A stretch of 64,000 nt of DNA from Eledone cirrhosa. Lineage: Eukaryota. Location of the stretch: assembly GCA_964016885.1 (NCBI GenBank), contig OZ024740.1, positions 152,706,001 through 152,770,000 of the forward strand, written 5' to 3'. The position numbers and the translations under genes were made by a program. The notes beneath the pieces were generated by a model. It was not told the DNA's origin. It did not search any database and saw nothing but the letters and a program-made list of their open reading frames with translations. Every line of letters starts with the position of its first letter. Position 1 is the stretch's first letter. Below are positions 31,077-45,373 of the stretch, piece after piece.

Positions 31077-31157
31077 CAAATTTTAGTACAGCATTAACGA
31101 TGCTTTAGTTTGCGGCCAAGCTAACGAATGCAAATTCGGTATATAGCTTTATCACTC

Positions 31158-31208
<51 letters not shown>

Positions 31209-33893
31209 AATATGAGAATAAACGTGCTGCGGAGTGGGTTACATATGAATAAAGTGGTCCTTCATCAGTGATCTTCCAACCGTCATCGATATTTCTTCGC
31301 TTTAAAGACCATATACCTCCGGCTGGTGCGAGCAACGGCTAAAGAAAGTCGTTGGGACACGTAAATAAAGAGAACAGCGAGAGTGTAAACAAACAAAGAT
31401 GGTGAAGCAACGAAAAGTGAGGAAGAACGAGTCAAGTCCCAAATTTCCATGAATATAAGTTCGGTGAAATCGTGAACGAGAGAGAATAAAGACCATCAAA
31501 CCTGGTTGAAATGTGAGCAAGGAAGGAATTCCGCACAGGTCTAACGGGAGGAAGAAGGGGTCGAGGAAATACCGATGATGGTTGGAAGATCACTGATGAA
31601 GGACCACTTTATTCATATATATATATATATATATATATATAAGAAGTATGTACCTTGATGGCAGAAGCAAATATTTTAATTTGGAGATAAATATGAAATA
31701 TGTAAATAAATAAATGAATAAATAAATAAATAAACAAACAAATAAATAAATACTGGGAAGCGAAAGGGAAAGAAGGCAAATATAAAATATATACAATTAG
31801 AAATAAACACGCGAATAACATTAAAAATCATAAAATCTTTCAAGTTGAAACCATGTGTGTGTATTTGGGTGTGTGTGTGTAGGAACATGCTTGTGTATGA
31901 AAACATGTATACATGCATACATAGACACGCACGCATACATAAATACATACATACATGCATGCATACATACATACATCCATGCATACCTAAACACTTACAT
32001 ACACATACATACAAAAACACACACATACACGCACTCACAAATACATACATGCACATATACACATCTATATACATACACATACGTCTATATACACACACAT
32101 ACATACATACACAGAATAAACAACAGGTGGAATTATAAAAATCGTAAAATAGAAAATAGAAAGCAATATTTAGTAAGAAATTATATCAGAAAAAATTAAA
32201 AACCAATCGACAGGAAAATATTTGAAACGTTAAACCATGGCTTCTAAATATTTTCAAGTTGTATATTAACTTTTTTTTAGAACAAAACCCAATGAAGTTA
32301 GTAGTTATGTAAATCATCGGTATTTTATTTCATCCAGCCTCTAAAACTACTTTACAATTTCCTTCTTATTCACATTATCTTTATTTCATTTATGTGTATA
32401 TTTTCCCCGACATTTTGTTTTGTTTTAATTTTATTAGATTTTTCCCCCACTTTTATTGTGTTTAAATCTCTCCTATCGTATTTCCTCGTTGAAATTTTAC
32501 CGATAATAGCGAAGCAGTGTCTTCCTTATGTGGAGTTGTGATTGCGGTTGTTGTTCTTGCTGTTGTTGGTTTTGTTATTTTTATTTAGCCATAGGTCAAC
32601 TCTGATAATACATCACTATAATTGCGAAGCATGTTCTTCATGGTGTAGAGTTGTGGTTGCTGCGGCTGTTGTTATTGTTGATTTTAGCCCAGGTCAACTC
32701 TGATCGAAAAGACCTATCTTATACGCAAGTCGCATTCCAGCAGCGACCATCCTTTCTTTTTAATTAGATTACTCTCTAGGAACTACATAATTTCTCGAGA
32801 CAGAAGGGTGTGGATTGGTAGATATTTAGCTGATAAGTTTAGCAGGTCAAGCGACCATGTAGAGAATCAACGTGGGCTCATTTTTGGAATATGTTTGTTT
32901 GATTCAGCAAATGTATATTATCAAAATGTTATGGTCTAAGTTTAGGATATTTATTTAATAGTTCTAGCAAGACAAGCTAGAATATAGAAGGTCAGTCCCA
33001 CGTACACTACATTTTGAAAATGTGTTTAATTTAGTTGATTTACATTGGGATTCTCAGATGTTACTGCCAGGAATATAAAGGGAGGAAACAAAAGGCCAAT
33101 TTCCAATCTTCTGTTATATAATAGTGGTTATAGTATTGGAGCATTTCATTGTTACAAGATGGATTGAAAGAATCGTTCGAGCGTCTAACAAAAGTCTATA
33201 TAAGACCTGCCAACTTGTAAAAATCCTGGATCGGGTGGTGTGTTTTGTTGTTGAGCAGCACACTATATTTTACATTGTGAGATAGAGACAAGACAGGATA
33301 ACGCTTAACTGTTGTAATGTGAGAGCACTCGTAGACTTTTGTGATGAATTATGTAACAGGATTACGTTGAACTCAAACATATAATTATACATACGTTATT
33401 GCATTTCGTTGTAAGATTGGGACCTATCATTAAAGCACCCAAGAAACCAGTTATGAGCTGTAATTTCGTAGGGCGTCAGCTACCTCTACATGGTGCAAAA
33501 TGTAAATTGATATATATATATATCAATTTACATTTCGCATATATATATATATATATATATACGCATATATATATATATATATACATTTTTTAATTTTGAT
33601 TAATTTTAATTGTATATTAATTTTGATATATTTTGAAAAATTGGTTGAATTTTACTTGTTCTGCTTATCTTGATATATATATATATATATATATTGTTAT
33701 ACTTGGTGAGGGTCATATTTGTGTAATAATATTGCCAGAATTAATAACAGAACACACTCACTGTTTGGTTGGTTTTCGCTTCTGTGTCTTTTATATCGGT
33801 TAATTTATTTATTCGGTCCTCAATGTTACAATTGACTGACCAACGGTCAAAAATACAGATACAATATAGACACAAACACATATATATAGTCTA

Positions 33894-33935
33894 ACAAAGT
33901 TCTTTCGTTGCACATCTGCAACATCGTCAGTCGTG
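33894..33935 (-). ncRNA. Hammerhead-like core in PLE 3' region (also about 56930-56968 -, 60292-60332 -, 60577-60618 +)
   Basis: CTGACGA-tGTTGCA gatg TGCAAC-GAAA-GAAC-TT; stem I weak; same strand as the upstream GIY-YIG remnant. Confidence 0.5.
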
Positions 33936-34221
33936 CTATTATGTTTCCTCCCGTTGCATTGTATGCTTACGCCATCTTTATTTAGTCTGTTTATTTATTT
34001 ATTGGTTTATTTTTTTCGTCTTCTCTGCGCATGCGTGTGTGTATAGTGTTTTGTTTGATGTGTGTTCGTGTTTGGGTGACTGTGTATTGGTTATTGTATT
34101 CTATCTTAGTTTACTAGTATGTGTTTATATGTGTTTGTTGTTATCGTGCTTGTGTATGTATTTATTTATTTATTAATACTTCTCTTAGGTCAGTGTTGTT
34201 TGTTTGGGTGTTGTTGTTATT

Positions 34222-34374
34222 CCATTCATTTTTTCTGTTTAGCCTTGGCCTTCTAAGTTCTATTTCGCTGGCCTCTCTGATTTGCCTATCTGCTGGGTCA
34301 TTTCTATGTTTAGATATTATTCTAATTTCTATGTTGTCTATGTTACCGTCGTGTTGTTATCTGGCATGTTCGTA
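34222..34374 (-). pseudogene. Penelope-like GIY-YIG endonuclease C-terminal remnant
   Basis: Minus-strand translation YEHAR*QHDGNIDNIEIRIISKHRNDPADRQIREASEIELRRPRLNRKNEW (R.I.EA..I....P.LNRK.EW pattern). Confidence 0.7.
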
Positions 34375-35949
34375 TTAGTACAAACTAATTCATCGCCGTT
34401 ATATATATATATTCATTTTCTTTAATGCACTAAATTTAAATCCTATCTAGCTAAACTTTTCCTATCCTCTTTCTGGGATCGATAAAATATAGTACCATTC
34501 AAGTACTCAATGCGATATAATCGACTTTCCCTCATTACAAAATGACTCCCCTTGTATCTAAATAAGAAACTTTTATTGCAAAGCCTGTGTTTAACCGACC
34601 TCGTGTGATGTTGCATCTCATAAGATGTTTCTTAAATATTTTATTATGGGTACAAAAGTGCATTATTTTTAATAGGAGTGGGGTGCAGAAAAAATTGATT
34701 TCTGTGGTCTGTGGGATTTTACAGAAAGTAAATTACTGAAACAAATACTGCAATTCTGCCAAAATATACAAGGTGTTTTGTCAGGTTTTCTACCAAGAAC
34801 AATGAAAAAAGTAAAAGAATATCTCCAAAATTACCAATTAATAACGATGCAGGCATGATGGGGTATGGTTAAAGATTTCAGTCTCACTGCCTGGCAAATT
34901 GAGCGTCTTCTACTAATACCTCGGGCTGATAAATTCCTTGAGAGTGAGGTATATATATATATACATATATATAATGAAAGAATGAAGAATGACACGGATA
35001 AGCTATACAGTAGGGCTTAGTCCAAGTATGTGATTAGATGCGTCTTAAAGACGCTATCTGCAATGATATTGTGAAATTCGATTTTAAATACTGTTTATAC
35101 CAGCCAAATTATCAAAATACTGATTTTGGATCCGGCGATAGAACGTATTTATACTGAGGTATACAGACATTCAGACGAAAAACAACACGATGAAAAATAA
35201 GATAAAATAAAATATAATAAAATAAAATAAGATAAAATAAAATATAATAAGATAAAGTAAAATAAAATAAAATATAAATATAAATACAGGTATACAGACA
35301 TTAAGATGAAAAATAAGATAAAATGAAATATAAGGAAATAAAGTAAAATAAAATAAAAGATATACATTTAGGGATTTGTATGTCGGATGGGTAATAAAGA
35401 TGAAGGGATAAGATAATAGAAGTGAAGAATGAAAATAATAATAATAACAATAACACACGATGAATGATTGGTACCATATGGGAGGATACGAGAACTGAAG
35501 AGGGTTGTGTATTGAAATAGAATTTGTATTTAATGTAGGTGTGTCCTTAGATCGGCAGCTTCTCTTGCATCTGATTAGTTAAAAGTTCGTTCCCTGCATT
35601 TGATTGGTTAATAGTACATCCGTTGATGTCCTTGGAGATTGAATTTACGTATTTAACTATTTTTCTAATTTTGGTTTAGTTGTTTTATTGCGATTAGTGA
35701 TAGATAAATGGCTGTTTGCAAGATAAGGTATGATAGATTTGTAATGTGGTGTCCTTTTATGGTGATAAAAGAGATGTTTAAATTGCTTATTGGTGCCAAG
35801 TTTTTAGATGCTCTAAGTCTGGGAGATTATAGTGTTTATACAAACAGTTAAGTTATTGGATCGAATCCCGTCTATTTTGGTTTGTAGTTTATGAATGTGT
35901 TGGCGTATTTGTAATTGTATTGTAAAATATGGAGTAATTCAATATTACA

Positions 35950-36410
35950 TAATTTGCATTGGGACATCCCGTGTGCGTAAGCCCTGGATTGAGCCATAAA
36001 TAGTATCTGCAATAGCATCTGCTTAACACCCAGTATTTCTAAAGCACAAAAACTAGCATAGCCAAAACTTTCTTAGTCCTAATAGATCAGCATTTTGCCA
36101 ACCAGGACAGTTACAAGAAAATTCCTTCAGCGGGTGTTTGAAAATGAAGTATATTCCCATTCCCAGCACGACGAGCATCGTACCACACTAACCAACAGAA
36201 ACATGATGAATATTTAGAGATATTGAATCATGTCCATTCAACTAGGCTTATAACGACGAATTTTCTTCTACCAACTAGAATGAGGTAGTTGTCTATTACA
36301 TTAGTTGAACATTACATAGGGAGGACACTTTCAAGTAGTGCTACTCCAACCATATTGCTTCCTTTAAAATGTTCACAAGAAAACACCCACCAACTTTGTC
36401 TAATTACTCT
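35950..36410 (+). pseudogene. Possible decayed hAT transposase remnant
   Basis: WDIPCA*ALD*AIN and LSIT...GRTLSSSA loosely resemble hAT CxxH and SERxFS motifs; many stops. Confidence 0.3.
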
Positions 36411-36771
36411 CTGGCGTTTGAAGGCGACAAATGTCAAGTATGTAATAAAATGGAAGATACAAGTGTGGAGTAAATAATACATAAACTATGCAAGGCAATA
36501 TCAATTATATATTGAGAAAAGGTCATGATACTGAACAGCTTAGAATGCTTTTTGGGTAGGTGTCACCATTTTATCAAGTTTCAGTTGACGTTTTAGAAGC
36601 CCAAAACCCCACCAAATTATACATGTGCTGGTATGTATGTGTATGTGTGTGTATGAGTATGTGTGTGAGTGTGCATGTGTATAAGAAAATTTGTATTTGT
36701 TTATCTAGTATCGCGAATGATAGTTAAATCATAAATATGAGAATTACATTATCTCACATGAGCTTCGAGAG

Positions 36772-36813
<42 letters not shown>

Positions 36814-37600
36814 GATATTGTTTTTATAGATCTAGATAGAACGTGACATTCGCGTCAATAACATCAGTGATGTTATCATCATCATCATCATCATCATCAT
36901 CAACATAAAGAAGAAAATGAAACGAAGAAGGGAGGTGGGGCGAAGAAAAATATGAAGAAAAAGAGTAGAAGAATAATAAGAAAGACAACATAATAATAAC
37001 AATAATGATAATAACAAAAACAATATTGATAACAATGATTGTAAAGAAAACCCACACTCAGCTGTATTAAACAGATACCTCGTTAACACAATTAAGATGA
37101 ATTTATGAGGGGAAAAATATCTCAGAAAAACGTACGACATAAAAAGAGATAAATGTATAAATACAAACATAAAACTAATGAAAAAAATCCAAAATAAATC
37201 GAAAATCGTAACACTAACAATAAGAAAAAACCCTCAAAAATGAAACAAATTAAAATATAGCAACTGAAACAGCAACAACAACAACAGTAACATTAACAGC
37301 AGCAGCAACAACAACAACAATAACAGTAACGTTAACAGCAACAGCAACAATAGCAGCAACAATAACAACATCATCAACAACAACAACAACAACAGTAACA
37401 AAAACAGCAGGAGCAACAGCAACAACAAAAAGTAACAATAAGTTCGATCTAATGGTCTATTTTTAATTATTTCTTTTCTTTTCAAGACTAAAATCAACAC
37501 GACGTTCCTTCTCGAAACAAAGAGATGATAGAATCTTTCTTGAAATTTGAATGACAAAAGACATTAAGAATACGGTATAATATAAAAAGAAGGAATGAAT

Positions 37601-37633
<33 letters not shown>

Positions 37634-37830
37634 GGAACGAGTAGGACCCCGACGGCTGAGCTCAAGCCGTTTCGACGTCGAATTAGCCGTCGAAACGGCT
37701 TGAGCTCAGCCGTCGGGGTCCTACTCGTTCCTATTACCCACTTTACTACCCTAAGTATTGAGTACTTTGGTGCGTTATGGTCCACTTGGTTCTTTACCAC
37801 ATTTCCTTCGTTATATATATATATATATAT

Positions 37831-38310
37831 AATTGTTTCTACTTTTGGCACAAGTCCAGCCATAACCCAGTGTATTACTGGTACTTTATTTTATCGACCC
37901 TGTAAGGATGAAAGGCAAAGTTAACCTCGGCGGGAATTGAACTCCGAATGGCAAGGGCCGTAACCCAATGCGTCAAAGCATGGCGTCAGACCCTCTACCG
38001 ATACTGCCTTTCATCCTTACGGGGTCGATAAAATAAAGTACCAGTCACGCACTGGGATCGATTTCATCGACTTTTCCCTTCCCCCCAAATTGCTGGCCTT
38101 GTGCCTAAATAAGAAACCATTATATATATATATTGGCAGTATCAGTAGAGAGTCGGACGCCATGCTTTGCAGCAAAGAATTACGGCTCTTTATGATCTGA
38201 GTTCAAATCCCGCCAAGTTTAACTTTACCTTTCATCCTTACGGGGTCGATAAAATAAAGTACCAGTAATGTATTGGGTAATTGCTGGATTTGTGCCAAAA
38301 GTAAAAACAG

Positions 38311-38311
<1 letters not shown>
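37831..38311. mobile_element. SINE cluster: 37831-38008 (-), 38006-38120 (+, partial), 38134-38311 (+)
   Basis: Three copies of the SINE family, separated or flanked by TA repeats. Confidence 0.8.
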
Positions 38312-38380
<69 letters not shown>

Positions 38381-38553
38381 AAGAAGAAATTAAATGATGG
38401 TTAAAAGAGTTCCATATATTTTATATGGAACTCTTTTAACCATCTTTTAATTTCTTCTTTATTATATATACTCCAGTTCTACCAACTGTTGAGTGCTACT
38501 TATCTGATATATGCATAGTTTTATTGTTCTACAATATTACTCACCTTCTACAT

Positions 38554-38627
<74 letters not shown>

Positions 38628-38699
38628 ATATAATATACAGAGATAAACACAGAAAAATGTGTTTAAAATATATATATATGTATATATATATATTTTATG

Positions 38700-38752
<53 letters not shown>

Positions 38753-38795
38753 TATGAATGTGACCGTATGTGTTTCTATGAATGTATATAACATT

Positions 38796-38881
<86 letters not shown>

Positions 38882-38887
38882 TGTGTG

Positions 38888-38967
<80 letters not shown>

Positions 38968-39413
38968 ATAATGAATGTATATATATGTACATAGCAAGGA
39001 AGAGGAAGAGAACAAGTGATGTAGAGATTAGGAGCTAGAAGAAGGACTGTGGGGATAATTACAGAATTGTACAATATACGTTGAAAGAGAAGCAAGGAAA
39101 TGAGGCCGAAAAATAAAAATGTGAAATGTATTGTTGAGATGTGAAGCTTAAGGCATATCAACGTATCAAAATAGCAACATATAGCTATGGTGTTCTTATT
39201 GTTTGTATTTCTACATATATCTCTATATATGTGAATGCGTTGTATTAAATCATTAGTCAGTCATTTTTTGTAGATATTATTTTTGTGGATATATATAATA
39301 GTGCATATATGTATATATATATATAATGGAAAATTTGAACAGGAACAAGACAGAGAGGCAGTACAACGAATGTTTATTAATTTCACGCTCTTGAGAGTGG
39401 GGTGGTGGTGGGG

Positions 39414-39502
<89 letters not shown>

Positions 39503-39572
39503 CATATATATATGTATATGTGTGTGTGTGTGTATATATATATGTATGTGTGTGTGTGGGTGTATATGTGTG

Positions 39573-39603
<31 letters not shown>

Positions 39604-39658
39604 GTATATATATATATACATATATATATGTATATATATATATACATATATATGTATA

Positions 39659-39691
<33 letters not shown>

Positions 39692-41619
39692 GTGGGGGGT
39701 GTATGTGTGTGTATGTGTGTGTGTGTGTGATTTATTCTCTAGTTATTTGTTTTCTTCTTTAGATGTTATTTTTATGGATATACATAATTTATTTCCCACG
39801 CCTTACTGACACTATAACCACCAATAATAACACAAATGACTCAACAGCAGCACCAATACCAACACTAATACGATTACCAATACCAACTATTGATCTCGTA
39901 TCCAAACATTATTGTTTAATTGTATCAATTTTTAAAACTTGTTTTAATAGTCTAAAAACAATTAGGTTTTCGCACATATTGAAAATACTAATGGTGATAT
40001 AATTACTAAATATGATGGATAGCTCACTAGTTTTGCGAGCTGATTGGGTGACTGGTTGAATGGTTGACTTGTTGATTTGCAGCGTTGCTCGAGATGAAGC
40101 TTCAATTGTTCATGGTTCATTTCCGTCATCGGCGCCGACACTGGCGTCGCACTGCATCGCTGTCAAACAGTATTCGAAGAATTTACAAATTTGGTTGAAA
40201 AGCTAGAATATATTATATCCATAATAAAAATGTTCATCGATTAATGCAAACTCACACACTACTTCATGATAAAGATAAATATGAATGAAATAATATCTTT
40301 AAGAAAATTATTAGATTTTAACGATTGCATTTCTAAGACTATATATTTTTTTATTATATTTTTAAACATACATTTTAAAAATTATAGAAAATTTAAAAGA
40401 AGATTATATTCTTTAATTTTTTTATTTATATTTTTTAACCATATTTGATTTTATTTACATTGTTTTAATTATATTTTTCAAACTATATACTTTTAAACAA
40501 TATTTTTATCCATATTGTTTAGAATCATTAGAATCTCAGTTTTTAAGAAAATGTTTTAAGGAAAACGATTACATAAACATGAAACTATATATTTTAAAAA
40601 ACTATCTCTGTGAAAACGATTATCTAAAAACGATTATATAAATCGAACAAAATTACCAATAACTAATTTTTTAAAAAGAACACAATCAATTATTTGAAAA
40701 TTGACTCCGTGAGGTAACGATTTTTGGTTAATAATAGCCATAAAAATATATATCAGCACAACCACTATTTGCACCCAACTCAGGTTATACCTTGTTCATC
40801 GAAAACGTGGTCAGCAGATCTCCGCTTTCAGTTATTTCGTTAATTCAGATATGTTGTCAAGCTTTACGTCCAGTTTCTCACATTTTCTTTGATCTTACTC
40901 CTAGAGCCGGTGCTGCCATTAGCCCAACTAAGCAGCTGCCCGGGGTGCAGGCTTCAGATAGGCAAGTTACTACACTATAAAGGATCGTAGATTTATAAAG
41001 AAAATATGTATAACTATTTTAAATAATTTACTGCGATCAATAAATAAAACACTAAATATTTGCTGCGTAGCAGCTTCGTGGATATGTCCAAGGCAGCGGA
41101 GAGGACCGTATGGTGTTATGACAAATAGCATGATTTGGCATAGGTGGCTGTTGATTGAGCAGAAGATGCAGAATAAGTCATTTTTTAGGTGCGATCAGAA
41201 CTAGATATATCAAAAATCAGTTTTGTCAGTTTGCCAAACTGCAAGATGAAAATATTTTATTTGGAAGAAAGATGGACATAATTGGGAGAAGGGCCTTATG
41301 CTCAGGCACTGGCCTTGCTCACACATATTTCTCAATTACTTCCTCTCCCTCTAAAACATTGTGTTCCTGCGTTTTAAAGCTATTTTCTCTGTTTCATACC
41401 CTTTAATTATTAAATATATAAGGGCTATTTTTCAACGTACTTCAATACAATTCTCGATGATTCGAAAGACGAGACCGTGATCTGATAGTATAGGATTACT
41501 ATATTTTCACTAATTATGACAGGAATTATAACAGACATTTCATTGTCACTTGTTCAAACCATCTAGATAAAAATATTATCAATTTTGTCCAGATGTGTTA
41601 TTTTGAATACTACACCCTT

Positions 41620-42980
41620 TTATAATCAGCATATATAATGCTTCGCCCATAAATGAATCAGTGCCAGATTGTGTGGAGGAATTCCAGCCAGTTCAAGGCT
41701 GTTCGAAAATTCAGTTGGATAGTTTACCACCTGGTGCAGGAAAGTAATTGTGACAACTGATTTGTAGCATCTTTTCTCTCCCCGTAACATCTCTAGCCTT
41801 CTGTTGATTTCTTTCACAGTAATATTTTTCGGTGCTAAGATAGCTCGTACATAGAGTCATTTGGATTCACATTGTCTGATCTGAATGTTTTGGAATACTC
41901 TGGCAATCAGTTTTTGTTCTGTTTCAATGATATGGCTAAATGATAACTGAATTTGGTCGTTGGAGTCCTTTTCAAGAAGTTCGTTTCCAAATTCAAATAG
42001 CTGGATTGCAAATTTACCAGCACCCTCATGACCAGTCAAGTGCATTCGCATATTGGTTGTAAGGCTCAGTCACAGAAAGTGAGACCAGAGATAGGATGCT
42101 TTCAGATAGACATTGACCAGATCAGCTCAGGTCCCTCTGGGAATTACCGGTAGAGTTTTTCTGAAAGCACCAGCAGAAAAAATTGTCACTTCTCCAATTA
42201 TGCAAGTGTAGTCCGGTCCAAGGCTCCAACTACTCGTTTATGGTTCATGGTGGCTTTATCCCAAATTATCATCTTGCATATTAGCATATGCTTGCCCTTC
42301 GGTGAATTCTTCGTGATGTTACAAAAAGATTGTTTATACCATGTGAGGTCTATGGCAGCTTAAACATGGAGTGAACAATTCTTCCTCCATCCAGAAGTGT
42401 TGTTGCAATGCCACTTGAAGCCACAGTAAGGTTAATATATTGCTTTTGGAGAACTTTTGCAAGCAGGAGATTTATGAAGAATGTCTTACCAGAAACTTAC
42501 GCAAGTCTTTAGTATTGTAGATTGTCGCCTGAATTTGTTCTTGTGCAACCTCCATTTCTTCATCTGGCTCTGGAATCACATAGTTAGCTACTGTACTATT
42601 TATTACCTGAAATCGATGGGACAGGTCGCAGAGAGCTTGATTGTAAATCCTGGAGGTATATGCCATATACATATTGCCATGATGTCTTCGAGCTAGGTGT
42701 AGATAATCGTCCGGCATAATGTTTTTGTACTCTAGCCAGAGTTAAAGAGCTTCGTCAATTCCACATTCTGTGAGCATAATAACGAACAACAGTCATATTT
42801 TATGTGGCTACTCTAGTGATTACTTCTTCTAGGGTCTTCTTCCAATGTCCATTGCCATGCAGTAGACCATGCTATTTACATGCTTCTTGATATGTTGCGC
42901 ACATCCTCCCCCGAAGCACCCGAGAACCTCAAATCATGTTGGTCCTCGAACAGTATGCAGAGGTAGCCATAGATAAAATC
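41620..42980 (-). pseudogene. Helitron RepHel (PIF1-like helicase) remnant
   Basis: Minus-strand peptides ASSGIATTLLDGGRIVHSMFKLP, IIWDKATMNHK, GAFRKTLPVIPRGT, NMRMHL, YPTEFSNSLELAGIPPHNL; many stops and frameshifts. Confidence 0.85.
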
Positions 42981-43035
42981 TCTACATAAATACCTCCATT
43001 TGAAAAACAGCGGGAACTTTCTGTCTAAACCAATA

Positions 43036-43081
<46 letters not shown>

Positions 43082-43458
43082 ATGTTTAATATAGAAATGT
43101 TTATCCCCCCCCCCGATTAAACCCGGGACTCACATATACATATATATATAAATATATAAATATATACATACATATATACACATATATATACATATACATA
43201 TATATGAATGTGTGTGTGTGTGTATGTATGTGTATGTAAATGTGTCTCAATTATTTCGTGAAAGATACATTTTAGCCACTGTTTGATTATGTAGTATACT
43301 GAAAAGAGCGTCGGACAACATACTTTGTGGAATAGAGTTACAGCCCTTTACATTCTGTGTTCAAATTCCGCCAAGGTTAGCTTTGCCTTCTATTCTTACG
43401 GGATTGATAAAATCGACTTCCCCAACCACTCCAAAAAATTGTTGATCATAGACCATCG

Positions 43459-43647
43459 GTGAATTGGCAGTATCGGTAGAAGGTCGGACGCCATGCTTTG
43501 ACGCATAGAGTTACGGCCTTTGCCATTCTGAGTTCAAATCCCGCCGAGATTAACTTTGCCTTTCATCCTTACGGGGTCGATAAAATAAAGTACCAGTAAT
43601 GTACTGAGTAATTTCTGGCCTTGTGCCAATAGTAGAAACAATTATTA
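43459..43647 (+). mobile_element. tRNA-derived SINE, full-length reference copy (others 44860-45040 -, 56522-56665 -, 57311-57480 -, 10500-10635 -, 59510-59640 +)
   Basis: A-box TGGCAGTATCGGTAG, B-box GAGTTCAAATCCC, central GCCTTTCATCCTTACGGGGTCGATAAAATAAAGTACCAG resembling the MetaSINE domain. Confidence 0.82.
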
Positions 43648-45373
43648 TTTAAAACGCTATTGAAGTTTAGCTTCTGCTATTGCTTTGCACATCTTACTTT
43701 CCAATCATACAGTAAATGAAATGAAGACAAAACATTATGGAAATGAAAATGAGTAACTAATTCCATAGCTAAAACTGAGAATTTACAAAGATTTTTACGC
43801 TTGATAAATATGTTCTTGATAACAAAGAATTGATATTATACCAGGTGTTTATACATGTTTTAATATAGTTTCGTTAGATTAATCTTTTTCAACAGCAGTG
43901 AATGTTGTTCAGTCAGAAATAAACATGAAAACGAACTTACATAGTTGACAAGCCAGTTTCCTTTTTTAACCCTATGTTGTTGTTGTTTTCTTTTTTTTTT
44001 ACTGCATTTACATAGCATCGTGGAAGAGTCGCTTTAGCTACTAAAAAAAAAAACTTTTAAGAAAAATTCTAAACTATTATAAAGTAAGCTGCGTACGGTT
44101 TATAATTTGTTTATCCCATTAGTAAAATAAGTTGGATTACTTTGAATAAATATAATGAATGAATATTACATAATTTATCTACTAAATTTCGTGGCTGTTC
44201 ATTAAATATATTTTATTTTTTATTTAAAGATTCACTTCTTTAAAATTTTCAAATGTCAACACTTCCGGTGGTGATCGCTTAAATAAACATTAATTTTCTG
44301 TCACTAATTTTCTCCTAATGCAATTTATATATAATATCGTCTTTTTTTAAATATATCATGGATTACCTTACTGATTACATAAGACAGTGTAACACAGACT
44401 CTCTTTAATTTCAGTGTATATTGTCAATACGATTTTATTTGACGTATCATATCTACATGTATATATACTTGCGTGTAATATCAATATACACACTACAGAT
44501 GATAGCAGAAAACCACCCGAAGGGTGGTTTTTCTGCTAATTATAATAAGGTACGAGAGCTGTAGCATAATTCTTTTGTCAGTCACCATAGCGCAAATAGT
44601 GCGACGAAAATGTTGAAGTTTCTGTTTAAAAAGTCAGTGGAATGAAGAATGCTCTATGTAAGTTACAGAGCTAAATATTTAATGTATAATAAACAATACA
44701 ATATAATTACCTCATTACCAGAGGTTTCCCGAATAAGGCGGATACAAGAAACGTCCGCATTCGTTCGTCAGACAAGGCAATTTAAACATAGTGAGATATT
44801 TGAAAAATCTCCTCAAGAAAGGCTAAAAAAGTTTAACGGGAAAAAGATAAATAAAAGTAATAATTGTTTCTACTTTAGGCACAAGGCCAGCAATTACCCA
44901 GTGCATTACTGGTACTTTATTTTATCGACCCCGTAAGGATGAAAGGCAAAGTCAACCTCGGCGGGATTTGAACTCAGATCGTAAAGGGACGTAACTATGC
45001 TGGAAAACATGGCGTCCGACCCTCTACTGATACTGCCAATCCATAATACAAGAAATGTATAAAAAACAAAAATAAAGAAATATAGTAAGGGATGTGTGTA
45101 AATGAGTGTATATGCACTTACAAATGTACATATGTACATGTGTGTGTATGTACAAATGCATGTGTATAGTGAAAAAATGTGTGCGTAAGTACATACATTA
45201 GTGTATGTGTGACCACAAATACGTATATATATATATATATATATGTTGAAAATAGAAATTATAAGATAATGGAGTTAGCGTACATACAGACTCAGGGACT
45301 AAGGGTTGAAATATATACACACACAAGGATAAAAAGACGCATATAAACATATACACACATACATGTGTGTGAT

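Noticed and set aside
37234-37557. Poly-Leu membrane-protein-like ORF
   Set aside because: Antisense of an (AAC/AGC)n microsatellite.
43459-43545. tRNA gene
   Set aside because: It is a SINE head: no cloverleaf, and it is followed by the SINE body in many copies.
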